A stretch of 64,000 nucleotides of DNA. It comes from Octopus vulgaris. Its lineage: Eukaryota. Shown here piece by piece: positions 40,585-53,414 of the stretch (positions are counted from its first letter, which is position 1; the number at the start of each line of letters is the position of its first letter). The position numbers and the translations under genes were made by a program. Under the pieces are notes generated by a model. That model did not search any database and had not been told where the DNA came from. It was given only the letters and a program-made list of their open reading frames with translations. The DNA lies in assembly GCA_951406725.2 (NCBI GenBank), contig OX597828.1, positions 50,840,001-50,904,000 on the forward strand, given 5' to 3'.

Positions 40585-40862
40585 CATATGTATGCATGTA
40601 TGTATGTATGTGTATGTATACATATATATATATATATATAATATATATATGCATATATATGTGTGTATATATCTATGAACACATTACTGTAATGTGATAT
40701 ATGGAAACTCTTATGCATATATATCAAATTGACTGAATGGAAGTAACATATACTTAAGGAATTGCAGGAGGGATAGAGACGTAGGGAAACTATCCAATGA
40801 TTCATTACACAACCGGAAAAGTTGTTACTGGACGCAACATATGTTACCATTAGACCGATAGA

Positions 40863-41084
40863 TACAAGGGGTTGCTGAAAAGTTTCTGGTTTTGTATGAA
40901 AGGAAATACCGGAGAATTGGTTAATTATGATTTTATTCAACACATTCCCCTCTCAGATTGAAACACTTGTTGCGGCAGTCTTTCATTTTTGTGTAAGCAC
41001 TGAAAAGAACCCGGAAGGCTGGGCCTCCAACCAGGCGTTTGACCACACCCTTAAACCAGGAAGTTTTCAGCACTCGCTTGTGTA
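40863..41084. mobile_element. mariner-derived MITE
   Basis: Imperfect TIRs tacaaggggttgctgaaaagtttctggttt / aaaccaggaagttttcagcactcgcttgtgta; the minus strand encodes the transposase end [11 protein letters not shown]. Confidence 0.75.
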
Positions 41085-41194
41085 TACATGTGCATGTGTA
41101 TGCGTGTGTGTGTGTGTGTGTGTGTGTGTATGCACAGAAGAGCATTGATTTAAATTCGTGAAATTCAAAGAAAGTTTCATAAAGGGATTTGGAA

Positions 41195-41540
41195 TGCTGT
41201 GTGGTTAAGAAGCTTGCATTGTAACGCAGTTTCGAGTTCAGTTCAACTGCAGGGCATTTTAGACAAATATCCTACTACAGCCTCTGCCTGGCCGCTTTCT
41301 TGCGAGTGAATTTGGTTGACGGAAACTGTGCGGATGCCTTTCGTATCTTTGTATGTGAGTCTGTACATTTTAGTGTTTGCATATTTCTATTTGTGTTTGT
41401 GCCTCACGACAACTTGAAAACTGTTGTTGATTTGTTTTCGTTCGCGTTTCTTAGCATTTCGGCAAAAGAAACCGACAGAATATGTAGAAAACTTAAGAAA
41501 AAAAGTAAGCATCGGTGTCGACTTTTCCAACTGGATCCTT
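41195..41540 (+). mobile_element. SINE family B (old, diverged)
   Basis: gctgtgtggttaagaagcttgc...gacggaaactg...tcggcaaaagaaaccga. Confidence 0.7.
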
Positions 41541-41559
41541 CTATTAGGTTCAGGAAGAA

Positions 41560-42107
41560 TCGAAGACACATTTGACATTGGCAAAATTTGAACTTAGAAG
41601 ACAAGAGGCTGGAAGAAACGCCGCTAGGCATTTTATCCTGCGTGCCGTCTTACATCCTCCTATTATTGGTTTCTAATTTTGGCACACGCCAGTAATTTGG
41701 AGGGAGGTGGTTTGGGGGCCAGTCGATTATATCGACGCGAGCGTCCAACTGGTATTTATTCCTTCGAACCCCCCAAAAAGATGAAAAGCAAAATCGACCA
41801 GCGTGGAACTAGAACGTAGATCGTGAAGAGAGGCGAAACGCTGCTAAATATTTTTCTCTGCCAAGATTGCCACCTTATATCCCCTTATAGTGATTTCAAA
41901 TTTTGGCACAAGGCCAGCAGTTTTCAGGCAGGAGTAAGCCAGTTTGAATCTATCCCAGTCCTCAAGTGTTACTTATTTTATCGATGGTGAAAGGATGAAA
42001 ATCATCTTCGATCTCGGCGGGATTTGAACGTAGAACGTGAAAAGGGGCGAAATGCTGCTGAGCATCTTGGCCGATATGCTAGCGATTCTGCCACCACGTG
42101 ACCTTAA
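41560..42107 (-). mobile_element. Cluster of diverged SINE A2 copies
   Basis: Repeated aaattttggcac..gcc...gatgaaa...gaacgtaga blocks. Confidence 0.7.
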
Positions 42108-42154
42108 ATCCTTCTGCTATTGAGCGCAAAGCTAAAAAGGCTTTATTAATGATA

Positions 42155-42562
42155 CTCTTTACTTTTTTACTCTTTTCCTTGTTTCAGTCATTTGACTGTG
42201 GCCATGCTGGAGCACCACCTTTAGTCCAGCAAATCGACCACAGGACTTATTCTTTGTAAGCCTTGTATTTATTCTATCGGTATTATTTTGCCGAACCGCT
42301 AGTTTACAGGGACGTAAACACATCAGCATCGGTTGTCAAGCAGTGCTGGGGGCACAAACAATGACACACAAGCATATACATATATATACATGTATACGAC
42401 GGGCTTCATTCAGTTTCCGTCTACCAAATCCACTCACAAGACTTTGGTCGGCCCGAGGCTATAGTAGAAGGCACTTGCCCAAGGTGCCACGAAGTGAAAC
42501 TGAACCGGGAACCATGAGGTTCGTAAGCAAGCTACTTACCGCACAGCCACTCCTACGCCTAT
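42155..42562 (-). mobile_element. SINE family B, full length
   Basis: Reverse complement of 18668-19050. Confidence 0.93.
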
Positions 42563-42574
42563 AAAAAAATATGC

Positions 42575-42715
42575 TCCAGGGCTTTAAGGGTGTGGCGAAA
42601 GGCCTGGTTAGAAGCCCAGCCTTCCGAGTTCTTTTCAGTGCTTACAAAAAATGAAACACCGCTGCAACAAAATGTGTAAATCTGAGAGGGGAATGGGTTA
42701 AATAAAACCAGAGTT
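42575..42715. mobile_element. Partial second copy of the mariner MITE, inverted relative to 40863-41084
   Basis: tttaagggtgtgg...cccagccttccg.gttcttttcagtgcttaca is the reverse complement of 40990-41055. Confidence 0.75.
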
Positions 42716-43093
42716 ACCTAATTCAAGCGGTGCTGGTTTATTTCCGCAAGACATAGCAGTTCTGTTAGAAATACCGATGGATTATGTACCATATTTAAAA
42801 TAAGTAATGGCGTTGATTTGCTGGACTGACCACACAAAACGGTGTCCCAGCATGGCTGCATTGGATTGATTAGAATAATTAAATGAGTACAAACTGTTAA
42901 ACTACATAATTAAATGTTATTAGTTCATACTTGAGGGTTCATGTAATCGAGCGTAATATCTGACGTTGTTAGACATTGCTGGTCACAATGCGCTTTACAT
43001 AGTTTTAGCTTTCGTATGTTATGCAAGCAGGCCAACATTCCCCACTGATCGAAAGGCTAGTCCTTCGCAGGGTTGCCATTTAGAGCTGAGTAA

Positions 43094-43394
43094 TATTTTT
43101 TTTTTGTTCCTTCTCGAGACATGCCTGGCTCATAAGGGCCGGTTTCCCGTTTGCTTTGGCGTATAGGTTCCCCACCTGGACGGGACGCCGGTCCGCTTAC
43201 AAGATGCAGGAGGAAAGAGTGAGAGAAAATTGTGGCGAAAGTGTCAGCAGAAGATCGCCATTACCTTCTGTCGGAGCCGCGTGGAGCTTAGATGTTTCAC
43301 TCATAAACACACACACATCGCCCGATCTGAGATTCGAACCCGCGATCCCTCGACCGCGAGTTTGCTGCTCTAACCACTAGGCCATGCGCCTCCA
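43094..43394 (-). mobile_element. tRNA-derived SINE family D nested in an older SINE C, 17-bp TSD
   Basis: Head ggcgcatggcctagtggttagagc...gggttcgaatctc and A-rich tail; TSD CATTTAGAGCTGAGTAA at 43077-43093 and 43395-43411. Confidence 0.9.
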
Positions 43395-44609
43395 CATTTA
43401 GAGCTGAGTAAGACTGGAACAACGGAAAATGAATGTTTTGATCAAGAATACCACACGCCGCTCAGCCCGGGAATCAAACTCGGGGTGCCACATTCATGAG
43501 TGCAACACCCCATCCTCAAAGTCACGTGCTTTTACATAATGGTTCATGTGATGTCTTAAATGTCTAACAGGCATCTCCTAGAATATAATTACTTTTGTCT
43601 CTACGTACCGGCTGAGATCAATTCGGTTGCCAAGAAAACATGTAAAGCACACAGATACTTATTTGATGTTCTAAAAATACAGTATTTCACTTCACACTTG
43701 TATGTTCTTCAATTACAAAATGAGATATGAACTTATAATAATATGAAATACAAAGATCTTAGCGTAAAAAAGTTTTACGTATCGGAAAATAGAGAATCTT
43801 AGAAAAATGAAAAAACTGCAGCGTTAGGAATACTAATCAGGTGGGAGGCAATAAATACATACACACGTACATACATACATATATATATACATGTGCGTAT
43901 ATGTGTGTGTGTGTTGGGGGTGGGGTGGGGGGTGAGCGTACGTGTGTGTGTATGTTTGTAGGTGTTGCATAGACATGCTTATTGTAAATTTGTTTTTACT
44001 TAAATGAGATCTACAATAAAGAGGAAGCAAAGCAAAAAAAAATTTACTGTTGTAAATAAGCGAAGCAAATGCCAAAACAAACAAACAAACACACACACAC
44101 ACACGTACACACACGTACACACACACACATACACACACACAATTAACAGAGTAATTGTAGTGGCGCTGAGAGAAAAATAAATACTTCAAATGGAGAGAAA
44201 AAACTTTCATGAATGCATGTATGTATGTATGTGTCTAGCTATCGATTAGCGAATTACATAATTATGTATATATGCGTATATATCTATTTGTATATATATA
44301 TATATATGTTCCTACATATATATATGTGTGTGTGTGTGTATGCGTGCGTATGTGTTTGTGTGTATCTATGCTTCATGTCACAACGTTTATCCCAGGTACA
44401 CTATAAATAGCAGACATGTACATGGAGTATTCACTTCATAGCAGTGTTTCACACACACCAAATTTCAACGTAAACTCAAACATTAGATATTAGTGTTAAC
44501 GAACAAATATTTTCACCTATAACACAGGGTGTGCATAGATACTTTGTTAAAAATAGGAATTGATTTATAAATGTATATATGCACATATGCACATGTGCAA
44601 GCGTTCTTC

Positions 44610-44616
44610 ACACACA

Positions 44617-44700
<84 letters not shown>

Positions 44701-44724
44701 ACATATATATATATAATATATATA

Positions 44725-44757
<33 letters not shown>

Positions 44758-44790
44758 TCATGCACACGTACACACACACACATACACACT

Positions 44791-44836
<46 letters not shown>

Positions 44837-44880
44837 CTCATGCACACATACACACTCACACACACACCTACACACACACA

Positions 44881-44935
<55 letters not shown>
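44610..44935. repeat. (TA)n/(CA)n compound microsatellite
   Basis: Seen directly. Confidence 0.95.
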
Positions 44936-44938
<3 letters not shown>

Positions 44939-45363
44939 CTCTCACCGGTAAAAATTTATGAAGACTATGTTTGTTGTTGCAGAGCCGTCCATAAATAGAT
45001 ACACTTGAAATTCAAAGGCAGAGATAAAAAAAAAAAAAAAAAAACAAAAAAAAAACTGCTTAGCGATATTTTGTTTTGCCTCTCGCTATTGCCGTGTGTA
45101 TTTATAGCTTATTTACGTAAGTTTTCCAAGATATACTGAGTGGAGGTAGACAATAACACTAAGTTCCTACTTGTAAGGAATCAATCACTTATAGATAGCA
45201 GCAGATTTTCAGGCAAGTACACACACACTTGCCTGTATAGTTGGATATGTACATACGCTAAATCACGTATGCGTATATATAGTATGTTGTAGCAAACACG
45301 CTGCCAGCGATTCAAAGTATGATTGAATATCTGCTCTCATGAATACACACACACAAACACACA

Positions 45364-45425
<62 letters not shown>

Positions 45426-45452
45426 TGCAAAGTATGATTTAATACACGTGCT

Positions 45453-45497
<45 letters not shown>

Positions 45498-45499
<2 letters not shown>

Positions 45500-45635
45500 G
45501 TGTGGTAAGTAGCTTGCTTCCCAGCCTCATGGTTCCGGGTTCAGTCCCACACCGTGGAACCTTGGGTAAGTGACTTCTGCTATAGCTTCGGCCCGACCAA
45601 AGCCTTGTGAGTGGATTTGGTAGACAGAAACTGTA
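45498..45635 (+). mobile_element. SINE family B, 5' part
   Basis: ctgtgtggtaagtagcttgc...ggatttggtagacagaaactg. Confidence 0.85.
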
Positions 45636-45649
45636 TGTGTATATATATG

Positions 45650-45716
<67 letters not shown>

Positions 45717-45717
45717 T

Positions 45718-46500
45718 TAGGGAATAATGGGGGTTGGCGGGATTCCTCCTGAAATGAAGCAGAAGTGGATGGCGGCAGCTGTCCTCTTCAGTACCAAGGA
45801 AGAGCAACAGAAACTCAGAAGCTAAACTGGTGGGACTATAAGTCTTGAACTAGTAGTCCAAATAACTCAGGCTGATATAAGCGAAATATCAGAAATAATC
45901 GAACTTCCGAACGAGAAGAAACTGAACGTAACAGTGGAGGGGAGACCCCTCACTTGCTATGGATGTGACCAGAAGGAGCACATAAAAAAGTGCCCCCCCT
46001 CCAAAGCACAATAGAAACCCGGAAAGGAAGCAGAAGTCCCCACGGAGCACGAGGGTGCAGCAGAAACAGTAGAAGAGGGAGAGTACACTCGGGTCACTAG
46101 AAAAAGAGGTAAGGGTGACTCGTCCTCTAAAGCTTCAAAAAAGAAGAAAAACAGCGACAGAAGGCAACACACTACAGCAAACATCTACTGGAGAAAGCAA
46201 CAAAGAAACTCCCAGCAAGCAGACAAATGCAGAAGAGCAGACCTCGGAATGGCAGTCAGAATATTTACTATTGTATAGAACGAATGAAGCAGTCGTGAAG
46301 ACCATCAATAGATTTAGGGATGTAATTAGAGTAACGTTGACTGGATCCGAGGATAACTGCATCTTAGGTGAGAGGAAGAGATATGAATTTTTCAGAAAAT
46401 AACACGGAAACATCGTATTTTACACCAGAGAATGTAAGGTATAAATATTTACCCCGGGTGGTAAAGTATGAGGACATAGACCTGTCCATAATAGAATGGA
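45718..46500 (+). mobile_element. Decayed gag-like LINE ORF1 fragment with zinc knuckle
   Basis: GVGGIPPEM.., then IELPNEKKLNVTVEGRPLTCYGCDQKEHIKKCP (CCHC knuckle at about 45955-46003), followed by a K/E-rich region. Confidence 0.7.
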
Positions 46501-46949
46501 TTCCATATCGAAATGAACTGTAAATGAACTGTAACGAACAGTAAACGCGAATGCAAAGACGTCTATCCTCATTATTGTACATTCCTCATTTTCATTCATC
46601 GTTTTATGCTTTATGTCCCCACTTGTACTGTATTGTCTGTCTCTGTATCCTCTTTTCTGTTTTAGGGCCTCGTGCTTCATAGTGAATTAGCAGTGTAAAG
46701 CCGAGAGTTGCGTATTGTCGATGGTTATTACCAATATCTTGAGTAGAACGACATTTCGAGGATATTACTATTATTTCATTATATCGTACATCGAACGTGC
46801 GATACAACATATATATATATGTACATATATATATATATACATACATATGTATGTATGTATGTTTGCATGTATGTATGTATGTATGTATGAATGCATGTAT
46901 GTATGTATGTATGTATATATGTTGTATGTATATATATATATATACATAA

Positions 46950-47098
46950 TGTGTGACCGCGTGTGTACCGTTGGCGATTTTTTCCCTTCCTTGGATCTTT
47001 CCTTTTCCTATGTTTCTGACGAAGTGCTCCGCTCGAAACGTTAAATCGTTCTTCTTTCTTTCCTTTCCTGAGCGTCCAATAACACTATACTTGTTGTT
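46950..47098 (+). mobile_element. Probable Penelope-like terminal fragment
   Basis: Pyrimidine-rich flanks around a minimal hammerhead; same architecture as the 23500-23660 PLE end. Confidence 0.6.
47012..47046 (+). ncRNA. Minimal type I hammerhead-like motif
   Basis: GTTT CTGACGA A GTGC-TCC-GCTC GAAA CG TT AAAT, with palindromic helix III; one mismatch in stem II. Confidence 0.6.
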
Positions 47099-47106
47099 GA
47101 TAGATG

Positions 47107-47152
47107 GATAGATAGATAGATAGATCCATTTTTATACATGTTCATGTGTCTG

Positions 47153-47202
<50 letters not shown>

Positions 47203-47229
47203 CAGACACATGAACATGTATAAAAATGG

Positions 47230-47248
<19 letters not shown>
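47107..47248. repeat. 142-bp perfect palindrome centred on (AT)22
   Basis: gatccatttttatacatgttcatgtgtctgctg-(at)22-cagcagacacatgaacatgtataaaaatggatc, plus flanking GATA/TATC repeats. Confidence 0.95.
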
Positions 47249-47322
<74 letters not shown>

Positions 47323-48283
47323 CTATCTATCTACCTATCTATCTACCTATCTATCTATCTATCTATCTATCTATATATCTATCTATCATTCTATCTATGT
47401 GTGTTTGTGTGCACATGAACATATACATACACACTCATTCACACGCCGACCTAATCCATAGCAGGTTTACATAAAAAGATTACTTGTGATACTGAATTAC
47501 GTATACATAGAGACACCATCCGTCAAATGCGTCTTACTTATATGATCGTAGTCCAATGTCTGACTACTTTTGAGATGTTTGCTCTGCTTTGTCCTGCTTG
47601 GTTGATATTTTCAGGTGTGATGAAATGAATATTGTTTTTAATTTTGAAATTTAGAATTATTTTGTTTTTATGGTGTTTGAATAGGATAGAGCAACGTGAA
47701 ATGAAGTGCTTGGCTCAAGAATTCCTGGAAGTTGAACGCACAACATTATGATCGTGAGCTGAACAAAATTTTATCCGAATACGTGTCGACGTTTCCTGAC
47801 ACTCTTCTCTGCTGGGTCAGTTATTCAGCTCTGCAGAAACCGTCCAATGACCGTAGATATTTATTAATGGATGTTTCAGGTATTTGTTCGTCTACACGGA
47901 TTAGGCGGACAGCGGTGAGCGATATTCAGAGAAAATATTTCTTTTTTTTGCCATGCCACTTACCTGGATCGGAGTGAAGGTGACTTCTGCCACTTGTTAC
48001 CTGTTATGATGTTACCCATATAAGCCATGCAACTAAATACAACTTTTAAGTTTTGAATCTGAATAGTATGGAACATTCGTGTCCAGGAATAAATCCGTTC
48101 GCACTAGATTTAGAAAGGACATTGTGATATTAAGGACCTGTGTAGGACAATATCAGATTCTATCAAAGTGATTTTTTAAAGCATCGCTAGCTACTAGTGG
48201 TTCTAATATAACCTAAATTTTAATTAATTCTATAAATCTAAATTAGTTCAACCATATAGTGCAGTGCTTGACAGTTGTATGTG

Positions 48284-48635
48284 GAGATGCGTGGCTTACT
48301 GGGGTGGGGTATTTGGCTCCCGATCATGGGATCGGGTGTACCATTCCTAGCAGCACATTGGACCCTTAAGCAAGTCACATTATTTCATGTTGCTCCAATC
48401 CACTCAGCTGGTTTGTAGAATTGTCTGATATACAGTATAACATAATACTAAATGAGCAGCTAGCAAAAACGAGTAGTACCTGTATTTCAAAGAATCACAT
48501 TTTCTATCACGCTGATTCTCCCTGTGAACTATATTAAGGGTATGCATATCTGTTGAGCATTCAGCCACTTGCATGACAACGCTGTTCTGTTGATTGCATC
48601 AAGAGGAACCCTCATGATCATAACTGATAGCGTGT
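48284..48635 (+). mobile_element. SINE family C (diverged)
   Basis: ccttaagcaagtcacattatttcatgttgctccaatccactcagctgg...tacctgtatttcaaag...cacgctgattctccctg. Confidence 0.7.
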
Positions 48636-49382
48636 CAGTTTCTTTTTTTTTTACAGTTCTATCAAATGTTCCTTTATTTGAGGTGATATTAAGAACTCTT
48701 CTATTAATATTGCTAATAATTTTCTTGGAGTTTATTTTATTTTCTGTGTGTCTTCTTTTTGCATGTTTCGAAGTTCCTTATGGCATCTAGGAAGCTGATT
48801 GTTATGTTAGCACTGAGAATGACGTGACGTTCTCGTTTATTTTGAAAATACTTAATGAGGGCTTCACTTATATTATCTGGGTTTTATTGTTTTAAGCTGT
48901 GAGAAATTGCTAGGCCATTATCTCTCCACCAAATCATAAATCTAAATTTAAGTTAATCTAATATGAATAATCCAATTCGATCCCAGCATGAGATCTGGTC
49001 AAGAAGCCCATCATAACTCCAAATTGATCATTAGTATCTTTCCCTCGTGCAGGGTTCTTGATAAAAATCTGTGACAACAAAGGATACCTCATAACATCAA
49101 CATTGATACCGTTAACATCATAATTTTTTATTTCAGTTTTTCATTGAAGCATGGTCTAAAAAAATGGTCAGTAGCGTTGTCTTATACGCAGTATAACATA
49201 ATACTAAGTGAACAGTGGATGGTAAAGCAAATATTTCAATATGATTTCTTGTCTTTCACATATCTTGCCAGCCACGCAAGCAAGTACATTTACACAATGC
49301 ATACATCTGTTCAAAAACATGACTACAGACACACCTGAAATATAATTGAGCCAAAGGAAATAAGCCCAAGTATATATAATTT

Positions 49383-49878
49383 TACTAGCAGTATCACCCG
49401 GCTTTTCCCAGGATTAAGTTAGGATTATTAAGATAATCAAGTTCTTTATTTCAAACAAAACTATGTAACATCCACGTGAAAGCTGGGCGAAATCCGTTGA
49501 AATTCGTTTAAATATATATATGGGCAACACACATATACACACACATAGGTACGTACACCTATTGCATACATGATTTTTTTGTACGCATACATGTTCGTGT
49601 GTGTGTATGTGTGTGTGTGTGTGTGAGTTGCCTGTGTATCAACAAAACACTTCTTTCCTCGTCGCTGGAAGGTGACTTAACTCCGGTTTGCAAACAATGG
49701 TGATTTCTCCGACTTGAAAATTGTTAAAAGTTTTAATTGAAAATTTATTTTTACTGCTATTCGCTGGTGCCTCTGGGGAAAATAAGTTGACGAAACTACA
49801 GCTAGGATCATGACGAATGTTCTCTTAAATTTGGAGCGACATGCGTGTTAATTTGTGGACGTGCATAAATTACATTCA

Positions 49879-49919
<41 letters not shown>

Positions 49920-49941
49920 TCTGCCTTTTATATATACAGAT
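49383..49941 (+). mobile_element. Helitron/Helentron-type non-autonomous element (HINE/Lep1-like architecture)
   Basis: Start tactagca..cccggcttttcccagg, aaattt block, internal (CA)n, end cttttatatatacagat. Confidence 0.55.
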
Positions 49942-50317
49942 ACATACTCATAGAATTTATGGCAACTACACGCAAAGAGATACCAGCACACGTACTCACA
50001 TTGGCTGGTTCGAGCATATATCGAAGCTGTTAAAGCTGTACCTTCAACGACTTCATCACTCGTCTAAGGTGTTAAATGAAGATTTAAACATTTTCTAGAT
50101 TTGACAGGAGAGCTGAATTTGCATCGATACCTAAACGTAACATTTCTAAATTAGTTAACAGCTAGCTAATTTTATGCTATTATTGTAATCTAGTAAAGTT
50201 TTAAGTTCTCTTGAAGGCCAGTTGCTATGTTTGTTAATTTTTCCTAGGTCACTCGTAGCAAGATATAATGGCCTTTATTTAGTGGGTAGTGGGTAGTGCT
50301 TTTCTTCACTACTTCAG

Positions 50318-50668
50318 GGAGTGACGACCCTGCCTGACACGAGTTCCTGACTCAGCTGGCTCCGGCTGACGGTACCCGGCATGGGCCCCTATCCAGGGTT
50401 ACAGAAAAGAGACAACCTTCAAAGAGATCCGGAGTGGAGCCCCGTAGGCGGTTTAGTGTTCGGCTCGACACTCTTTCGGCAGTTCCTGCAACCAAGCTGG
50501 TGCTAAACGTAATGCTCTGCAGTCCTTTGGAGTACATCAGCAAGGTCGAGAGAGGAATCCTGACGATTGGGCTGCCCAGGATTTTCTTATGTCTAGCCTA
50601 GGCATGCACAAAACTGGAAAAGATTCATGTGCAACTCCATTGTCTCCCGAGACAAAAGGATGCCAACA
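50318..50668 (-). mobile_element. Probable 5' UTR of an RTE-clade retrotransposon
   Basis: GC-rich non-coding block. The minus strand begins gttggcatcc..gtctcgggagacaatgg and contains gcaccagc..ggttgcaggaactgcc, resembling RTE 5' ends as I remember them. Confidence 0.55.
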
Positions 50669-51176
50669 ATTTAGTGTTCTGTGATGTTGCCCGTATGAAT
50701 TTAAGGGTTAAATTTGTTTCACTACTGTCTAAATACAACACAGCATAAACTACTTAAAATACTGCTGCTTTTATTTTCAATTTGTAGCGAATGTTATCAT
50801 TGGTGTTATGTTACCTTTCTTCATATGCTTGGTTAAGAATTTAGCGAGTGTGACTGCGTCTATTTTGTACTATTTTATGTGAAAATGTAGATGTTTTGGA
50901 TATTTTTGTTGTTGCTCGTAATACCTGTTTTCAGTTTATGCTGGAAGTTATTACTATTTTTATTAAATGCTATCATGCTGATTGGATTTCAGCTTCAAAA
51001 TTCTCTCGTGAATCAAGTTGGAATATTCTGTCTTGATATTCTTGGTATGTGGTTTAGTAGTATTCCATGGGAATCCTCAGAAGAGCTTGTTCTGGAGCGT
51101 ATCATTTGTATGGCAAGTTCTACGTTACGCGTCAACCCATTCATCGAAATTATTTTGACAACATAAACAATATTTT

Positions 51177-51913
51177 TGCAGTAGTTTAAGTTCTGATTTT
51201 AAATCTAGCCGAGGTCAATCAACATTCTATACCTCCGGGATGAATTTAGTACAGAATAACCCATCTACTGGCGTTGATATAACTAATTTCCTTCACTTAC
51301 AATTCCCTTCACGTTCTGGCCTTGTACCTAAGTTCGATATTCATTCATAAAACATATCATATTATCATAGGCGCAGGCGTGGTAGTGTGGTAAAAAGTTT
51401 CCTTCCCGACCACGTAGTACCGGGTTCAGTCCTACTACATGGCATCTTGGGCGACTTTCTTCTACCATAACCTCGAGCTGACGAAAGCCTTGTGAGTAGA
51501 TTTGGTGGACGGAAACTGACAGAAGCCCATCGTGTATGGATGTATGGATGTATGTATGCACGCACGCATGCATGTATGTATGCATGTATGTATGTATGTA
51601 TGTATGTATGTATGTATGTATGTATGTATGTATGTATGTATGTATGTATGTATGTATGTATGTATGTATGTATGTATGTATGTATGTATGTATGTATGTA
51701 TGTATGTATGTATGTAGGTGTGTCTTTGTGTCTGTGTACGTAAGAGCTAACTCTCCCGTAGTTAAAGATCAATAATGTTTCACTGAGAGCAGCGCTACTT
51801 ATAAATTACGCTTAATATGAATGAACAATTTTTAGATACTTCTAAGAACATTCCGATTCCAGCCAAGGACCTTTACATGGAAATATCTATCTATATCTAT
51901 CTATGTATCTATG

Positions 51914-51967
<54 letters not shown>

Positions 51968-52474
51968 GGTAAATACACCAACACCAGTTGTCAGGCGGTG
52001 ATGTGAGGCACAAACACAGACACAAAGACACACCTACATACATACATACATACATACATACATACATGCATACATACATGCATGCGTGCGTGCATACATA
52101 CATCCATACATACATACACGATGGGCTTCTGTCAGTTTCCGTCCACCAAATCTACTCACAAGGCTTTCGTCAGCTCGAGGTTATGGTAGAAGAAAGTCGC
52201 CCAAGATGCCATGTAGTAGGACTGAACCCGGTACTACGTGGTCGGGAAGGAAACTTTTTACCACACTACCACGCCTGCGCCTATGATAATATGATATGTT
52301 TTATGAATGAATATCGAACTTAGGTACAAGGCCAGAACGTGAAGGGAATTGTAAGTGAAGGAAATTAGTTATATCAATGCCAGTAGATGGGTTATTCTGT
52401 ACTAAATTCATCCCGGAGGTATAGAATGTTGATTGACCTCGGCTAGATTTAAAATCAGAACTTAAACTACTGCA
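51177..52474. repeat. Recent inverted duplication: arms 51177-51737 and 52014-52474 (degraded SINE A + SINE B + ATGT tract)
   Basis: Arms are near-identical reverse complements apart from microsatellite length; 276-bp spacer. Confidence 0.93.
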
Positions 52475-53414
52475 TGACATTTTCTTGGACGCTTGGACGA
52501 TTGTACCCATTCATCGGCTTTAAAATAAATGAATAATAAAAATGCTTTTCAGTATAAAATATACTATTTATTTCACCATTTCATATTACTTCGAATGTAA
52601 TATTTCAGCATAAGATATATTTAGACATTTCTTTGTTAATGCGCCAAGTAATACTTTCACACAGATATATTTTACCAAATTAATATCATTGTAATACGGT
52701 AATCTACTTTTCGTGAAAATTTAGAAATCATTTAATAAAAATACTAATAGTACTGTTAAAAGTTGAACAATATCCTGATATTTTACGAGACGTTATCACG
52801 TTGAATATGACGTTTCGTGTAAGGAAAATAGTAAACTTTATATTTTGAATAAATCGCTACTTGCACAAGAGATGAAGATAATATAATATATAGAGAGAAG
52901 ACCATCACGAAATACTGGCAACAAATGTGAACGCTTTCCTCTCTCAAATTCTATATTTATCTTTGTGCTGTCTCACCTATCATTTATTCTGTTCTTTTTT
53001 TACTCTTTCCTGCTCTGTCTGCCCACTTCTTACGTTTTAATTTAAAAGACTTTCATTAAAAGCCAGCATACATAGCATCAATACCTGTCTCCAAATATTC
53101 CATTTTGGTATTAAAATATTTGAATCCAGAAGGCTACGGACAACTTCAAAAAACATTTTCTGTATTGCACTTGTGCGTGTTTGTGAGTGTGTGCGTGTGT
53201 CTGTCTGCTAATGGAAACATTCACTCACATATCCCCACAGTTGCCATCAGTCATTATTTTAAAATATTATGCCTCTAAGTGTTCATTCTAGGAAGAAGCC
53301 CATATGTGTTTTCTAAGTTGGTCATTCTAAGATCTTCAGTTCTGGTTATTTTACCTTTCAGAGATGTTCTCTAATAAGATTGAAACGCGTTCAAAGTTGT
53401 GCCATATTACCAAA

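Noticed and set aside
43320-43392. tRNA-like sequence on the minus strand
   Set aside because: The acceptor stem does not close and the sequence runs into a SINE body bounded by a TSD; it is a SINE head, not a tRNA gene.
47958-47967. ACTTACCTGG resembling the U1 snRNA 5' end, or a minus-strand CAG/GTAAGT donor
   Set aside because: No U1 body follows. The putative upstream exon (MAYMGNIITGNKWQKSPSLRS) is unrecognisable and may be LINE ORF1 debris.
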